A DNA stretch of 64,000 nt from Mytilus edulis (lineage: Eukaryota), in assembly GCF_963676685.1 (NCBI RefSeq), contig NC_092353.1:68448001-68512000 (forward strand), given 5' to 3'. The notes beneath the pieces were generated by a model. It ran no database searches. It was given only the letters and a program-made list of their open reading frames with translations, and had not been told where the DNA came from. This document shows positions 37,301 to 50,206 of this stretch, piece after piece. Each line of letters opens with the position of its first letter. The stretch's first letter is position 1. The translations under genes were made by a program, and so were the position numbers.

Positions 37301-40300
37301 GCACTATAACTTTAGTTTAAGTTAATAGAAATCTATGAAATTTTGACACAAGGTTTATGACCACAAAAGGAAGGTTGGGATTGATTTTGGGAGTTGAGGT
37401 CCCAACAGTGTAGGAATTAGGGGCCAAAAAGGGGCCCAAATAAGCATTCTTGGTTTTTCGCACTATAACTTTAGTATAAGTAAATAGAAATCTATGAAAT
37501 TTAAACACAAGGTTTATGACCATAAAAGGAAGGTTGGGTTTGATTTTGGGAGTTTTGGTCCCAACAGTTTAGGAATAAGGGGCCCAAAGGGTCCAAAATT
37601 GAACTTTGTTTGATTTCATCAAAAATTGAATAATAGGGGTTCTTTGATATGCCGAATCTAACTGTGTATGTAGATTCTTAATTTTTGGTCCTGTTTTCAA
37701 ATTGGTCTACATTAAGGTCCAAAGGGTCCAAAATTAAACTTAGTTTGATTTTAACAAAAAAATGAATCCTTGGGGTTCTTTGATATGCTGAATCTAAAAA
37801 TGTACGTAGATTTTTGATTATTGGCCCAGTTTTTAAGTTGGTCCAAAATTAAACTTTGTTTGATTTCATCAAAAATTGAATAATTGGGGTTTTTTGGTAT
37901 GCCAAATCTAACTGTGTATGTAGATTCTTAATTTTTGTTCCTGTTTTCAAATTGGTCTACATTAAAGTCCAAAGGGTCCAAAATTAAACTAAGTTTGATT
38001 TTAACAAAAATTGAATTCTTGGGCTTTTTTGATATGCTGAATCTAAACATGTACTTTTTGATTATGGGCCCAGTTTTCAAGTTGGTTCAAATCAGGATCC
38101 AAAATTATTATATTAAGTATTGTGCAATAGCAAGAAATTTTCAATTGTACAGTATTGTGCAATAGCAAGAAATTTTCAATTGCACAGTATTGCGCAATAG
38201 CAAGAAATCTTCAATTGCACAGTATTGTGCAATAGCAAATATTTTCAATTGCACAGTATTGCGCAATACCAAGAAATATCTAATTGCACAATATTGTGCA
38301 ATAGCAAGAAATTTTCTATTGGAGTTATCTTTCTTTGTCCAGAATAGTAGTTGAATCAACTTAAATCATTGTTTTATACAATATACAATGTATATTCACT
38401 TTTACTACCAACTGATAAATTAAAACAATCTTTACCATTCAGTGATAACAAGCACTTTATTTTACATTTTAATATTTTATGATGTATTTAAATGAGTAGT
38501 TATTGTTGTAAACTTCATTAGAAATTTGAATTGAGATCAGTTTTGGAAAAAAGGGAAAGGGGGATTTGAAAAAAAATGGGGGGGGGGGGTTCAATTTTTC
38601 TCATTTCAGATTTCATAAATAAAAAGAAAATTTCTTCAAGCATTTTTTTGAGAGTGTTAATATTCAACAGCATAGTGAATTACTCAAAGGCAAAAAAAAT
38701 ATTTTAAGTTCATTAGACCACATTCATTCTGTGTCAGAAACCTATGCTGTGTCAACTATTTAATCACAATCCAAATTTAGAGCTGAATCCAGCTTGAATG
38801 TTGTGTCCATACTTGGCCCAATGGTTCAGGGTTCAACCTCTGCAGTCGTATAAAGCTGCGCCCTGGGGAGCATCTGGTTTAATTTATATATACATGCCTC
38901 ATACATTCTTTTGGTATTTTGTTCACCAAAAAATTATGCTGATCCTATTTGGACACACTACTTAAAATTGTTGTTCTAAACTATCAATTTCTTAATGTTT
39001 TCTCTTTCAGTGATGCTATAGTTTCTCAAGTTTTAGATGAATTAGGTTTACAACTGACAGATGAATTATCAGGTATGTCCTATTATTTGAAATTAGGTTT
39101 ACAACTGATATATCAATTGTCTACTGTTGATTCAAATTTTTCATTGGATACTGAGGGGGTCTCATTGGGGGGTTCCGATCCCGGATCCCGCTTACTGTTT
39201 TGTCAGATTCCCTTATCCCGCTTACACTATGTACATAAGCAATTCTCATTTTTAGCTCACCTGACCTGAAAGGTCAAGTGAGCTTTTCTCATCACTTGGC
39301 GTCCGTCGTCCTGCGTCCGTCGTCCGTCGTCTGTCGTCCGTCGTCCGTAAACTTTTACAAAAATCTTCTCCTCTGAAACTACTGGGCCAAATTCTACCAA
39401 ACTTGGCCACAATCATCCTTGGGGTATCTAGTTTAAAAAATGTGTGGCTTGACCCGTCAAACCAACCAAGATGGCCGCCATGGCTAAAAATAGAACATAG
39501 GGGTAAATTGCAGTTTTTGGCTTATAACTCAAAAACCAAAGCATTTAGAGCAAATCTGACAGGGGTAAAATGGTTGATCAGGTCAAGATCTATCTGCTTA
39601 GAAATTTTCAGACGAATAGGACAACCTGTTGTTGGGTTGCTGCCTGTGAAATGGTTATTTTAAGGAAATTTTGCAGTTTTTGGTTATTATCTGGAATACT
39701 ATTATAGATAGAGATAAACTGTAAACAGCAATAATGTTCAGCAAAGTAAGACCTACAAATAAATAAACATGACCAAAATTGTCAGTTGACCCCTTAAGGA
39801 GTTATTGCCCTTTATAGTCAATTTTTAACAATTTTTCGTCATTTTTTGTAACTTTTCTAAAAATCTTCTTCTCCAAAACTACTTTGCCAAATTTAACCAA
39901 ACTTAGCCACAATTATCATTGTGGTTTATAGTTTAGAAAATGTGTCCGATGACCCAGCCTACCAAACAAAATGGCCGACATGGCTAAAATTAGAACATAG
40001 TGGTAAAATGCAGTTTTTGCTTTATATCTTTGAAACTAAGACATTTAGGGCAAATCTTTCAAGATTTAAATGTCCATCAGAATAAGATATATCCCCTCAC
40101 AAATTTTGAGTTGAATCGGACAACCTGTTGTTGGGTTGCTGCCCTAAAATTGGTGATTTTAAGGAAATTTTGCAGTTTTTGGTTATTATCTTGAATACTA
40201 TTATAGATAGAGATAAACTGTAAACAGCAATAATGTTCAGCAAAGTAAGATCTACAAATAAGTCAGCATGATCAAAATTGTTAGAGGACCCCTTAAGGAG

Positions 40301-41514
40301 TTATTGCCCTTTATAGTCAATATTGAACAACTTTTCGTCATTTTTGTAACTTGTATAAAAATCTTTTCTAAAACGACTTGGCCAAATTTAACCAAACTTG
40401 GCCACAATCATAATACTAGGGTATCTATTTTTTTTTTTAAAGTGTCTAATGACCCCGCCTACCAATGAAGATGGTCGACATCAGTAAACACATTAACAGG
40501 TGAGCGACACAGGCTCTTGAGAGCCTCTAGTTTTGTCATTTCCCGGGTCCCGCTAGACCACATTTCCCGTTTTCACGACACAATAATTTGACTTTCCCGT
40601 GTCACGCTTACCAAATATCGGCAATCCGGCATCACGCTTAGACCCCAATGAGACCCACTACTGATTTTCGAATTTGTGGGTAAGGTGAACTGCGAATTTA
40701 AATGTTCAACTAATTACAAATTTTCCATAGTCTTGTATGCAGATTTAAGCAAAACCACAAAATTAAATATCCACAGAAGTGTAAGTTTTCCTCAATCCAC
40801 GAAAATTGGTACCCACGAAAATAAATGAATCTATTGTTAAGAATGTGGTCTTAACCTGATCAAGATGAAATGCAGGTAAGTAATACACAATAAGGTTTTA
40901 CAATTGACAGATTTTAAATTGTTGAGTAAATAATAAGAGGGTCGGAAACTATCTCCATGTCTTACTATGGGATCCACTCTACACCACAAAATGTAATTTT
41001 TAACAAAATAATCCTGAATGGATGTCCTTTATGAATCTTTCTTGTGTCCCTTTTAGTTTAGTTTGAGTTGTTTCTTTTAAACTTTATACTTTCAGGTATT
41101 TATCATCTTTTAATATTTAAAATATGCATTTTATAGAAATAATTATACTGTTTAGAAAACAACAAAATATATATTACATTGTAAGTAATAATATAATGTT
41201 GAATTTAAATATTTTACCATGTCATATTTCTACCTGAAATGACCAGTTTAATAAACAGCAGTAAATAGGAACATACATGTGATATAAAGATAGTTGAAGA
41301 TTAACAAACCTAAGATTATGATTTAAAAACCTGTTATGGTTCAAACATTCTTTATTTTTAAAAAAATATCTTTTTTATAGGTTTACCATCAACAGGGGGG
41401 ACATTAGCAGCTGGAGCAACAAAACAACCACAAGCACAGGCTGCAGGAGGAGGAGGACCTAGTGATGCTGATGCTGATTTAGAGGCACGATTAGAAAACT
41501 TACGACGACAGTGA
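34388..41514 (+). CDS. CHMP2A: Charged multivesicular body protein 2a (Vps2, ESCRT-III), 5 coding exons, 226 aa
   Basis: Exons 34388-34561, 35178-35357, 36255-36385, 39011-39072, 41381-41514, all GT-AG, 681 nt in total. Translation MPLEWLFGKKKTPEEMLRQNQRAL...LKLPQIQKIMMEFEKQSE...DADLEARLENLRRQ ends in a MIM1-type motif. Confidence 0.97.
37076..38880. mobile_element. Helentron/HINE-like element (opposite orientation) with several internal tandem arrays
   Basis: (GTC)n microsatellite near the left end, ~160-bp and ~240-bp duplicated blocks, and a ~30-33-bp array agtattgtgcaatagcaagaaattttcaattgcac at about 38115-38320. Confidence 0.65.
39155..40658. mobile_element. MITE with GGGGGTCTCATTGGGG TIR and 6-bp TSD (TACTGA), interrupted by a Helentron-like element at about 39250-40531
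   Basis: The two halves join to match the intact copy at 63783-63983. The insert has a (CGTC)n microsatellite and duplicated ~490-bp units. Confidence 0.8.
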
Positions 41515-43342
41515 AACTGTGATAATATATACATGAAATAGGCTGTGGTGTACTTGGGCATGACATTTGTGTAGAATGAGAGAGTTGTTCGTGTGCAATA
41601 GGGGACCTTCTTTCATGCATTAATCTTCACATATGTATTCTTGGCAAAAAAGGAAGGAGCTCTGGGAATGAATTATCTGTACTTGTCAGTTATTTCTGTA
41701 GAATTTTTACAGTTTTCTTTCAGTATTTTCAATTAGCGCCAAATGATTTGAAATACCATTGGCCTTATCTGTAAACTATCGCACCAGACTTTTAGTTTAA
41801 AAAAATCTATTATAAAATCTGTTTTAGATAGCCCATGGTGTTAAAAGATCCTGAGGAACCCACTGGTATAAATCAAAATATTTTTTTTTTGGGGGGGGGG
41901 GGGGGGGCTTGAATATTCTTCTATTATTTTTAAACTGCATTTTCCCCTGTAATTTGGTGATGCAAAAAGTTTAAGCCATAATATATATAAATTGCATACA
42001 TTGCAATTTCCACTAGGGGTGTTCTGACAAACCAAGACGTTGCGCTTTGACTTACATATCAATTAATTCAGTTTCTGGTTGTAGTCATATGCCTATGGCT
42101 TTAGTCTGTATAAATATTAATATCCAGAAAGAAAATTACATTGTTCCCAAGCATTTCTAACATTAGACATGATGGCATGATGAATTTGATACATTTACAG
42201 TAAGGTAGCAACAACCTTCAAAATGTAACTGTGCCAAATTTTTATACATATAGAAACCTAGATGTTTTTTAAGGCTGCATTTCTGTTATATAAGTTCAAA
42301 CTTTTATCCTTAATGTCAGATTACTGCAAATCACATTCAAAATGACATTTTCTCTTCCAGTTATTTATTTTTTATCTATACAATCTCTGAATTTTTTTAT
42401 ACTGTGTACTTGATCAACTATATTTCTCTAATTCTTCGTCAATTTAGCCCTTTCTGCACCCATTGTATAAAAAAAATTTAATCAACGTGTGGTTCGTTTG
42501 ATCTCAGTCCTTCATTGGTTAAAATCCGATTATGACGTCGAATTTTCTTGCTTTCCTCTGAATTTCCTATTGTGACGGCATGAAAAAAGGCGACCATGCC
42601 TGATGACGTCACATAGAAAAAACACATCTTTTTGCAGATCATTCCGAAAAGAAGGAATAAGTTTGCCTGCATAACGTTAGAAAATCATTAGAGAAACAGA
42701 TTCCACCACCAAATCTCGTGTAATACGATATTTATCCACTCTCGACAGTTGAATTTTAAATATTTAAAACACTCGGGCAAGCCTCGCATTTTAAATTTGA
42801 AAATTTAACTGTCTCGAGTGGATAAATATTGTATTACACTCGATGCAGTGGTAGAATCTATATGTATCAGTACAAACAAGGTTATTTAGTTCAAAAGTAC
42901 TCTTGGTGGTAAATCACTGTGAAAATAGGGGGCAGTTATTCATTTACAACCTCTTTGTGTATATGTGTATGGAATATGCAGAAACTAACCTCTTATTTAT
43001 TAACAATATCTGTTAAAAATTCACTAGTAGGGAGGATTATTAACTTATAATCTTGAGTGTATTTTTGTTTTGCTGAGTGACAAGATGATCCTCAGATTTA
43101 ATTTAGAAAATATTAAAAAGAATATTTGAATTGAATATTTTAAAAAGTGAGAACAAAAATTGTTTTATGTGCGACATAAAAGAAAAATCTACAAATATAA
43201 GAGCTTTTTCATTAAACTGGATGTGGAATGGTTCTGGAGGGACTTGAAAACCCTCTAAGAACCAACATGCTTTCTTCTATAAATTATGCATACTTTGAAT
43301 CAACATAACTATGTCCAAGAAATAGTTTCTCTTCCTTCTCTC

Positions 43343-43600
43343 TCGGGCCTTGGTAGCCAAGTGGTCTAAGTAGTTTATCTGCTGTATCACTTGCATGCCA
43401 ACCAGGAGGTAGGGAGTTTGAACCCCACGCAAGGTAGGTGCAGTGTGTTTGACTCCAATCATACTTGTTTAGGATTGACAGTATCCTATACTGAGATGAG
43501 TGTTCTCTCCAGACACTCCAACTTCCTCCACCATTAAAAACTGACCACCATTATAAAGCCAATATTGTTGAAAGAGACATTAAACCCAAATAATCAATCT
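43343..43600 (+). mobile_element. tRNA-derived SINE with V-domain-like core
   Basis: A-box tggtagccaagtgg, B-box gagtttgaacccc, core ttctctccagacactccaacttcctcc, tail aataatcaatc. Confidence 0.6.
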
Positions 43601-45654
43601 TTTAAAATACACTCATATTTTCTTCAATTTGAAAATAGTACTATGAGGATTTCTTCCTATCCAAAGTAATAACTCTTGTTATATGTTGTTATTGAAATCC
43701 TATCTGGTATTAATTCTCAAATACAATTTTGCAAGATGTGAATATATATAATCCTAGTTATCAACTTACAAAAAAAGTATACTGATACAATTCTGAAATT
43801 AATACAGAGAAATGTAAAACATTAATTCCTGACTTCATTTATTTTAAAATAAATTATTGTATTTGTTTTGATAGTTATATTGTATCATAGTGTAAAGTTA
43901 TGTAAATAATTTTATATTGTGATTATTAAAGAGTCATTTGATAGATAACAGTTTTTTTGTTATATTTAAACTATTGACTGGTTGGTTGCCAATCTTTGTC
44001 TTTTTGAAATCAAACAGATGTCTTGACCATTTTTCTTGTTTTGTAAGTAGCCATAAAGCTGGTATCTAAGTTTTTACAACCACTGGATCATTGCCACAGC
44101 TGGATCATTGCCACACTGGATCATTGCCACAGCTGGATGCCAGAAAGTCCAAGATTGATGACATATCATTGATCTATTATATAGTCATTTTTATAAATTT
44201 ACTGTTTGCAAAAGTATGAATTATTCTAAATACTAAGGATGTTCTTATCCCAGACAGAAAACCTTAGCCGTATTAGGCATAAGTTTTGGAACTTTTGGTC
44301 CTCAATGCTCTTCAACTTTGTATTTGTTTTGGCTTACAATTTTTTTTTATCTGAGCGTCACTGGTTAGTCTTGTGAAGACGAAATCTGCATCGGGCGTAT
44401 TAAAATATAAACCTGGTACCTTTTGAAATCTATTATTTGTGTGTTTCTCTGTCCTATATGTTCTCCCATTTATTTGTATTGTAGTCCGGTCATGTAATGT
44501 TGTCATTTTAATGATATATTTAACATTGCCATAAAAGCGGGAGGTTTGGCTATCCACAAAACCATGTTCAACCCATCGCTTTTTCTCAAAATGTTATATA
44601 CCAAGTCAAGAAAATGGCCATTGCTATATTATAGTTCGTTTCTGAGTGTCTTACATTTAAGTGTTGTGTTTCTGTTGTGTCGTAGTTCTCTCATATTTGA
44701 TGTGTTTCCCTCAGTTTTAGTTTGTAACCATGATTTGTTTTTTTCTCAATTGATTTATGAATTTCGAACAGCGGTATACTACTGTTGCCTAAATTTATTG
44801 AAATAGATATAAGAAGATATGGTATGAGTGCCAATGAGACAACTCACAATTTGTAAAAAGTAAACCATTATACGTCAAAATACAGCCTTCAACACACAGC
44901 CTTTTGTCATTTTGTCATTTTCTGTAAATTCTGTATTTAAATTGAATTAACCCGGTATTCTAAACACTGAGGTTTTTCTAACCCCAGTCAAAAGATGGCC
45001 TTAGTCGTATTTGGTGGATTTTTTTCGAAATTTTAGGCCAACAAGGGCTCAGGGGCATTATGCTTTTTTGTTCTGTGGTTCCGTCCATCCATCTGTCGCT
45101 CTTCAGGTTAAAGTTTTAGGTCAGGGTTATTTTTGATGAAGTTGAAGTCCAATCAACTTGAAACGTAATACACTTGTTCCTTATGATATGATCTTCAAAA
45201 TATTTAGGTCAAATTAGAGTTTTTACCCCAAGTTCACGGTCCACTGAACATCGAAAATGATAATGCGAATAGAGTATCCGTGTACTACTAGTAATACTAC
45301 TATGAGCACATTCTTGATTCTTCATGCTTGAAGATATTGATTTTATAATTTGTATATAGTTGGTCATGACAAGTTACAGGCCAATTGCGAATTTTGATCT
45401 GGTATGATTATTTTATGCAGTTATGGTCCTTGGTCACTCAAGTAATCTTTTTCCACACTTATTTTCGTCATGCTTGAAGACTTTAATTTGATATAAAGTT
45501 TACACCATGATGAGTTATAGATCAATTTCGCATTTTGTTTCAGTGCAACGAATTCTTAACCGGCGGTTGTCTGTATTGCCAGTCAATACTCACAGAATGC
45601 TTGTTCACTTAGAGAAAAGTCAACAGTTAAGATTAAAATCTGCCCTTTTCCCCC

Positions 45655-46740
45655 TTTTTGTCGAGCCTGCGACTTTAGTCGCAGAAAGCTCGACATAGTT
45701 TTCCGGCGGCGGCAGCGACGTTAGCTTACTTCCTAAAAGCTTTATGTTTTAGAAGGAGGAAGACTTGGATGCTTCATACTTTGTATATGGATGCCTCATG
45801 TTACGAAGTTTCCGTCAGTCACATGTCTAATGTCCTTGACCTCATTTTCATGGTTCGGTAACTACTTACAAAAAAGTTAAGATTTTTTGTAATGTTAAAT
45901 TCTCTCTTATTATAAGTAATAGGATAATTGCACATGTTATGTGCATACCTTGCAAGGTCCTCATGCCTGTCAAACAGTTTTTACTTGACCTCGACCTCAT
46001 TTCATAGATCAGTGAACAAGGTTTTAAGTTTTGGTGGTCAAGTCCATATCTCAGATACTATAAGCAATAGTTCTAGTACATTGGGTGTATGGAAGGACTG
46101 TAAGGTGTACATGTCCAACTGGCAGATGTCTTCTGACCTTGACCTCATCTTCATGGTTCAGTGGTTATAGTTGAATATTTGTGTTTTGGTCTGTTTTTCT
46201 TATACTGTATGCAATAAGTCTACTCTATTTGGTGTATGGAATGATTGTAAGGTGTACATGTCTAGCTGGCAGGTGTCATCTGACCTTGACCTCATTTTCA
46301 TGGTTCAGTGGTCAAAGTTAAGTTTTTGAGTTTTCGTCTTTTTTTTCTTATACTATATATGCAATAGGTCAACTATATTTGGTGTATGGAAATATTTTAT
46401 GACCTATATGTCAGTCGCGCAGGTTTTATTTGACATTGACCTCATTTTCACAGTTCTTTGCTCAGCCTCAGTGTTAAGTTTTTTTGTGTTTTGGTCTGTT
46501 TTTCTTACTTATAAGTAATAGGTCAACTATATTTGTTGTAAGGAAGAATTGTTAGCTAAACATGCCTGTCTGGCATGGTGCAACTGACCTTGACCACATT
46601 TTCATGGTTCATTGGTTAATGTTTAGTTTTCTTGGTTAATGTTAAGTTTATGTGACAGTTGTATTAAAGCTTTATATTAAGGACTATCAACATAATTTCA
46701 ATGATTAGTAAAGACGGCGTGACATTTCAGCGTGTGCAGA
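45655..46740. mobile_element. Helentron/HINE-like element with tandem ~150-bp gacctcattttcatggttcag repeats
   Basis: Terminal hairpin tgtcgagc...gctcgaca, a (GGC)n stretch and about 6 degenerate units. Confidence 0.65.
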
Positions 46741-48869
46741 TATGTGTTTAGATACTAAATTACACAATTTCCTTACAAATGTGGTTAAATTGCTGAACAT
46801 AGATGCTTTTCCACGAGTTTTTTTTTTATTATTAAAGCTATTATATCATTAAACACAATCTTCGTGAATCGTCCTGATCATGCATTTTAATGTGCGTATT
46901 GTTATGCGTTTACTTTTCTACATTGGCTAGAGGTATAGGGGGAGGGTTGAGATCTCACAAACATGTTTAACCCCACCGCATTTTTGCGCCTGTCCCAAGT
47001 CAGGATCCTCTGGCCTTTGTTAGTCTTGTATTATTTTTAATTTTAGTTTCTTGTGTACAATTTGGAAATTAGTATGGCGTTCATTATCACTGAACTAGCA
47101 TATATTTGTTTAGGGGCCAGCTGAAGGACGACTCCGGGTGCGGAAATTTCTCGCTACATTAAAGACCTGTTGGTGACCTTCTGCTGTTTTTTTTTTTTTT
47201 ATTTCTATGGTCGGGTTGTTGTCTCTTTGGCATATTCCCCATTTCCATTCTCAATTTTATGAAAGATTTGCCTCTGGACGTTTAACAACAACCAATCAAT
47301 CTGTGTGTATATGATATGAATATATATTTTTGTCATTTTGAAATTTCTGTGATATGTTTGAATACAAAAAATACCTACTCTACGTGTAATAGTATAAACT
47401 ATTTGGCGTCTTTTCTCTTCTCTTAACAAAAAATATCCTCGTTTTAAGCTAACAATACAGGTTGAAAGAACTAGTTCAACTTTGTTTCATAAAATGAGCA
47501 AACGTAGATTTATATATCCTGCTTTTGGAGAGGATAATGTATACTTCATCAAGAACACATAAATCTTACGTTTGATGGACATGTTTTTTTCACCTGAAAG
47601 TCAGCATGTCTATGTAATTCAATTTCATTTCTCTTTTCTGATTGTATACGGTGCACTTCGATCATACAAAAGCTTCTCAATAAAAATGAATTGAATAAGT
47701 CAGTCTTTTCGTTTAGCGATACGTTTCCGCTATACAAATGTAATTTTTAACAGCATAAATGAAAAATTAACGAATAAAAAGTTCTGATTCATTCATTGCA
47801 ATGAACATCGAAGTTCGGTCGATAACTTACGTTTGCAAAAAAAGGCGTGATTTAAATCTTCCTATGGTTAATGTTTCATTCCTATATTCCGTCATACCAG
47901 TATTTGCACATGAAGGATATATATCTATATATAAACTGATACTATATTCTAGGGCAATGCACTATTCCAGGACTTGGGAGATCTGTCAACAACCATTATT
48001 TCTAGTTTATCCTGCACAATGACGATCACCAAGACGCTTGATGAACGTAAATAGTGCAGGGATACAGGCGACCCCCTCTTTCTGGTAAATGACGCCATAA
48101 AGGCGCGTATAATTGACGAGTTTTTTTTCCGGTGACGGATGAACTCGAAAGTGGTCTATTGATAGGGGTTGCTGCTATGATATGTTAATTTACAACATTT
48201 AGTTTGATGCCACTGCTGTTGTGTGATTTATCACCAGTCCAGTAGTCAGCACTTCTATGTTGACATGAATTAATTGTTTACAAAACATGAACTTTTTCGA
48301 AACTCTAAGGAGTGTTTATTACCACAGGGAATAGATTACCTCAGCAGTATTTGACAAACTTTCCAAATTTTGGGTCTTCAATTCTTGTCAACATCTTACT
48401 GTATTTGACGTTTTGATTTTTTTTAACGATCGGCAGTAAAACTTGTGCCGTTAATTTGATCAAGTATTACGTTTTTTGTAGATGAAACCTGATACTAAAG
48501 TACTACTATAACATAATATGTTATTTATAGTAGTCTCAGGTGAAACGCGCTTCTGGCGTATACAATGTTGAGCCTAGTATCCATAATGAGTTTATTTACA
48601 AGAACAAATTGACAAAAGTATTCTTTGTGTAAGGCTATACAAAAGGGACATTAATTCAAACTCATAGATAAAGACAACAGTAGTATACCGGTGTTCAATA
48701 GACATGAATCGATTAAGTGAAAACAATTCCGGGCTACTAAGTAAAACATAAGTCGGAAATAAACTAACAACGCCATGGCTAAAAAAGACAAACAACAGTA
48801 CACAACATAGAAAACTAAAGACAGCGTCACGAACCCCACCAAAAACTTTGGGTGATCTCAGGTGCATGT

Positions 48870-49375
48870 TTTAGAAGGAAGGGTTAATACAAGCAGATCC
48901 TGCTCCACATATGATACCCGTCGTGTTGCTTATGTTAGTATAGACCCGGAAAATACTAATTCGGTAGGTCACAATCGGGGAAAGGGAATTGTATGATACG
49001 ACATATGGAACACACCCGTTGTCATCTGTGAAACAGATACCGGTATTCAATAACTTTCGGTCAACCAATTCGTAATGGAGCAAAGGAACAATTTCAACTA
49101 CATCACTTGGATCTCTAGGTTTAATACCTTTCTTGTGAGCAGCAACCCTCTACTAAGGAAATCATGATGGGCAATACAAGCCTGAAAGATACATGCTCCC
49201 TATGCAGGTGCTGCTTGGATGTTGCTAAATAAAAAAGTGGAAGTTTATAATTGGCGAGGTTAAATCATTTCTGTCGTCAATTTTTTTTTTCAACCGACTA
49301 TCATTGTCAATGTCTACACGAAAACCAAGATATAGATAATGTAGATTTAACTGTCTCTGTTGTATCCTGTGAGTC
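48870..49375 (-). mobile_element. Degenerate Penelope-like retroelement fragment
   Basis: The minus strand retains remnants of the region downstream of the RT (LLTRK.L, H.ELVDR), disrupted by frameshifts. Confidence 0.45.
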
Positions 49376-49544
49376 TTCTTTGGACAACATCATTTAATTG
49401 GATATGTGGAATACATTGTATATACTATATGTGTTACCAAATGCCAATTGCTATATAATGGACTTCTGATGTTACATAAGAGGCGATATAAGATTACCCG
49501 TCCGATGTTCGGATATCATAAAACCATTAATTAAACTATTATAA

Positions 49545-49930
49545 ATTATAATCCTGGTACCTTTGATAACTATTTAAACCGCTGGGTCGATGCCACTGCC
49601 GGTGGGCGTTTCGTCCCCGAGGGTATAACCAGCCCAGTAGTCAGCTCTTCGGTGTTGACATGAATATCAATTATGTGGTCATTTTTATAAATTTCCTGTT
49701 AACAAAACTTTTAATTTTTCGAAAAAACTAGGATTTTCTTACCCCAGGCATAGATTACCTTGGCCGTATTTGGCACAATGTTTTGGTATTTTGGATCCTC
49801 AATGCTCTTCAACTTTGTATTTGTTTTGCTTTTATAACTATTTTGATATGAGCGTCAGTGATAAGTCTATTGTAGACGAAACGCGCGTCTGATGTACTTA
49901 ATTGTAATCCTGGTACCTTTGATAACTATT
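49545..49930 (+). repeat. ~356-bp retrozyme-like monomer with a degenerate hammerhead ribozyme motif
   Basis: Direct terminal repeat atcctggtacctttgataactatt at 49551 and 49907. Motif gagcgtca-GTGATAA-gtct-attgt-agac-GAAA-cgcgc resembles the hammerhead core CTGATGA/stem II/GAAA. Related copies at about 44160-44435, 48200-48580 and (reverse) 30760-31010. Confidence 0.6.
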
Positions 49931-50206
49931 ATCTAAGAAATAAAACATCATGATTATTAAACCATATATAATTAAGAGTGTATGCCTGCCTGACATCATA
50001 CATTTAATATGACACTTAACTCATTCTTATTTTCAGTGGACAGGATAGTCGTTGATTTAACCCTGATATCAGTTTTAGAGTACAATGCATTATGCTTAAC
50101 AAAAGTGTTGCCGATACTTTTTTTGTCTTCATTTTTTAGCATTATTATTAGAAATCGTTAGTTAAAAAAAGATTAAGAAAACATATTAACGAACGAAATT
50201 TCGTCA

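Noticed and set aside
43343-43430. tRNA gene
   Set aside because: A and B boxes are present but there is no cloverleaf, and the sequence continues into a SINE core and tail.
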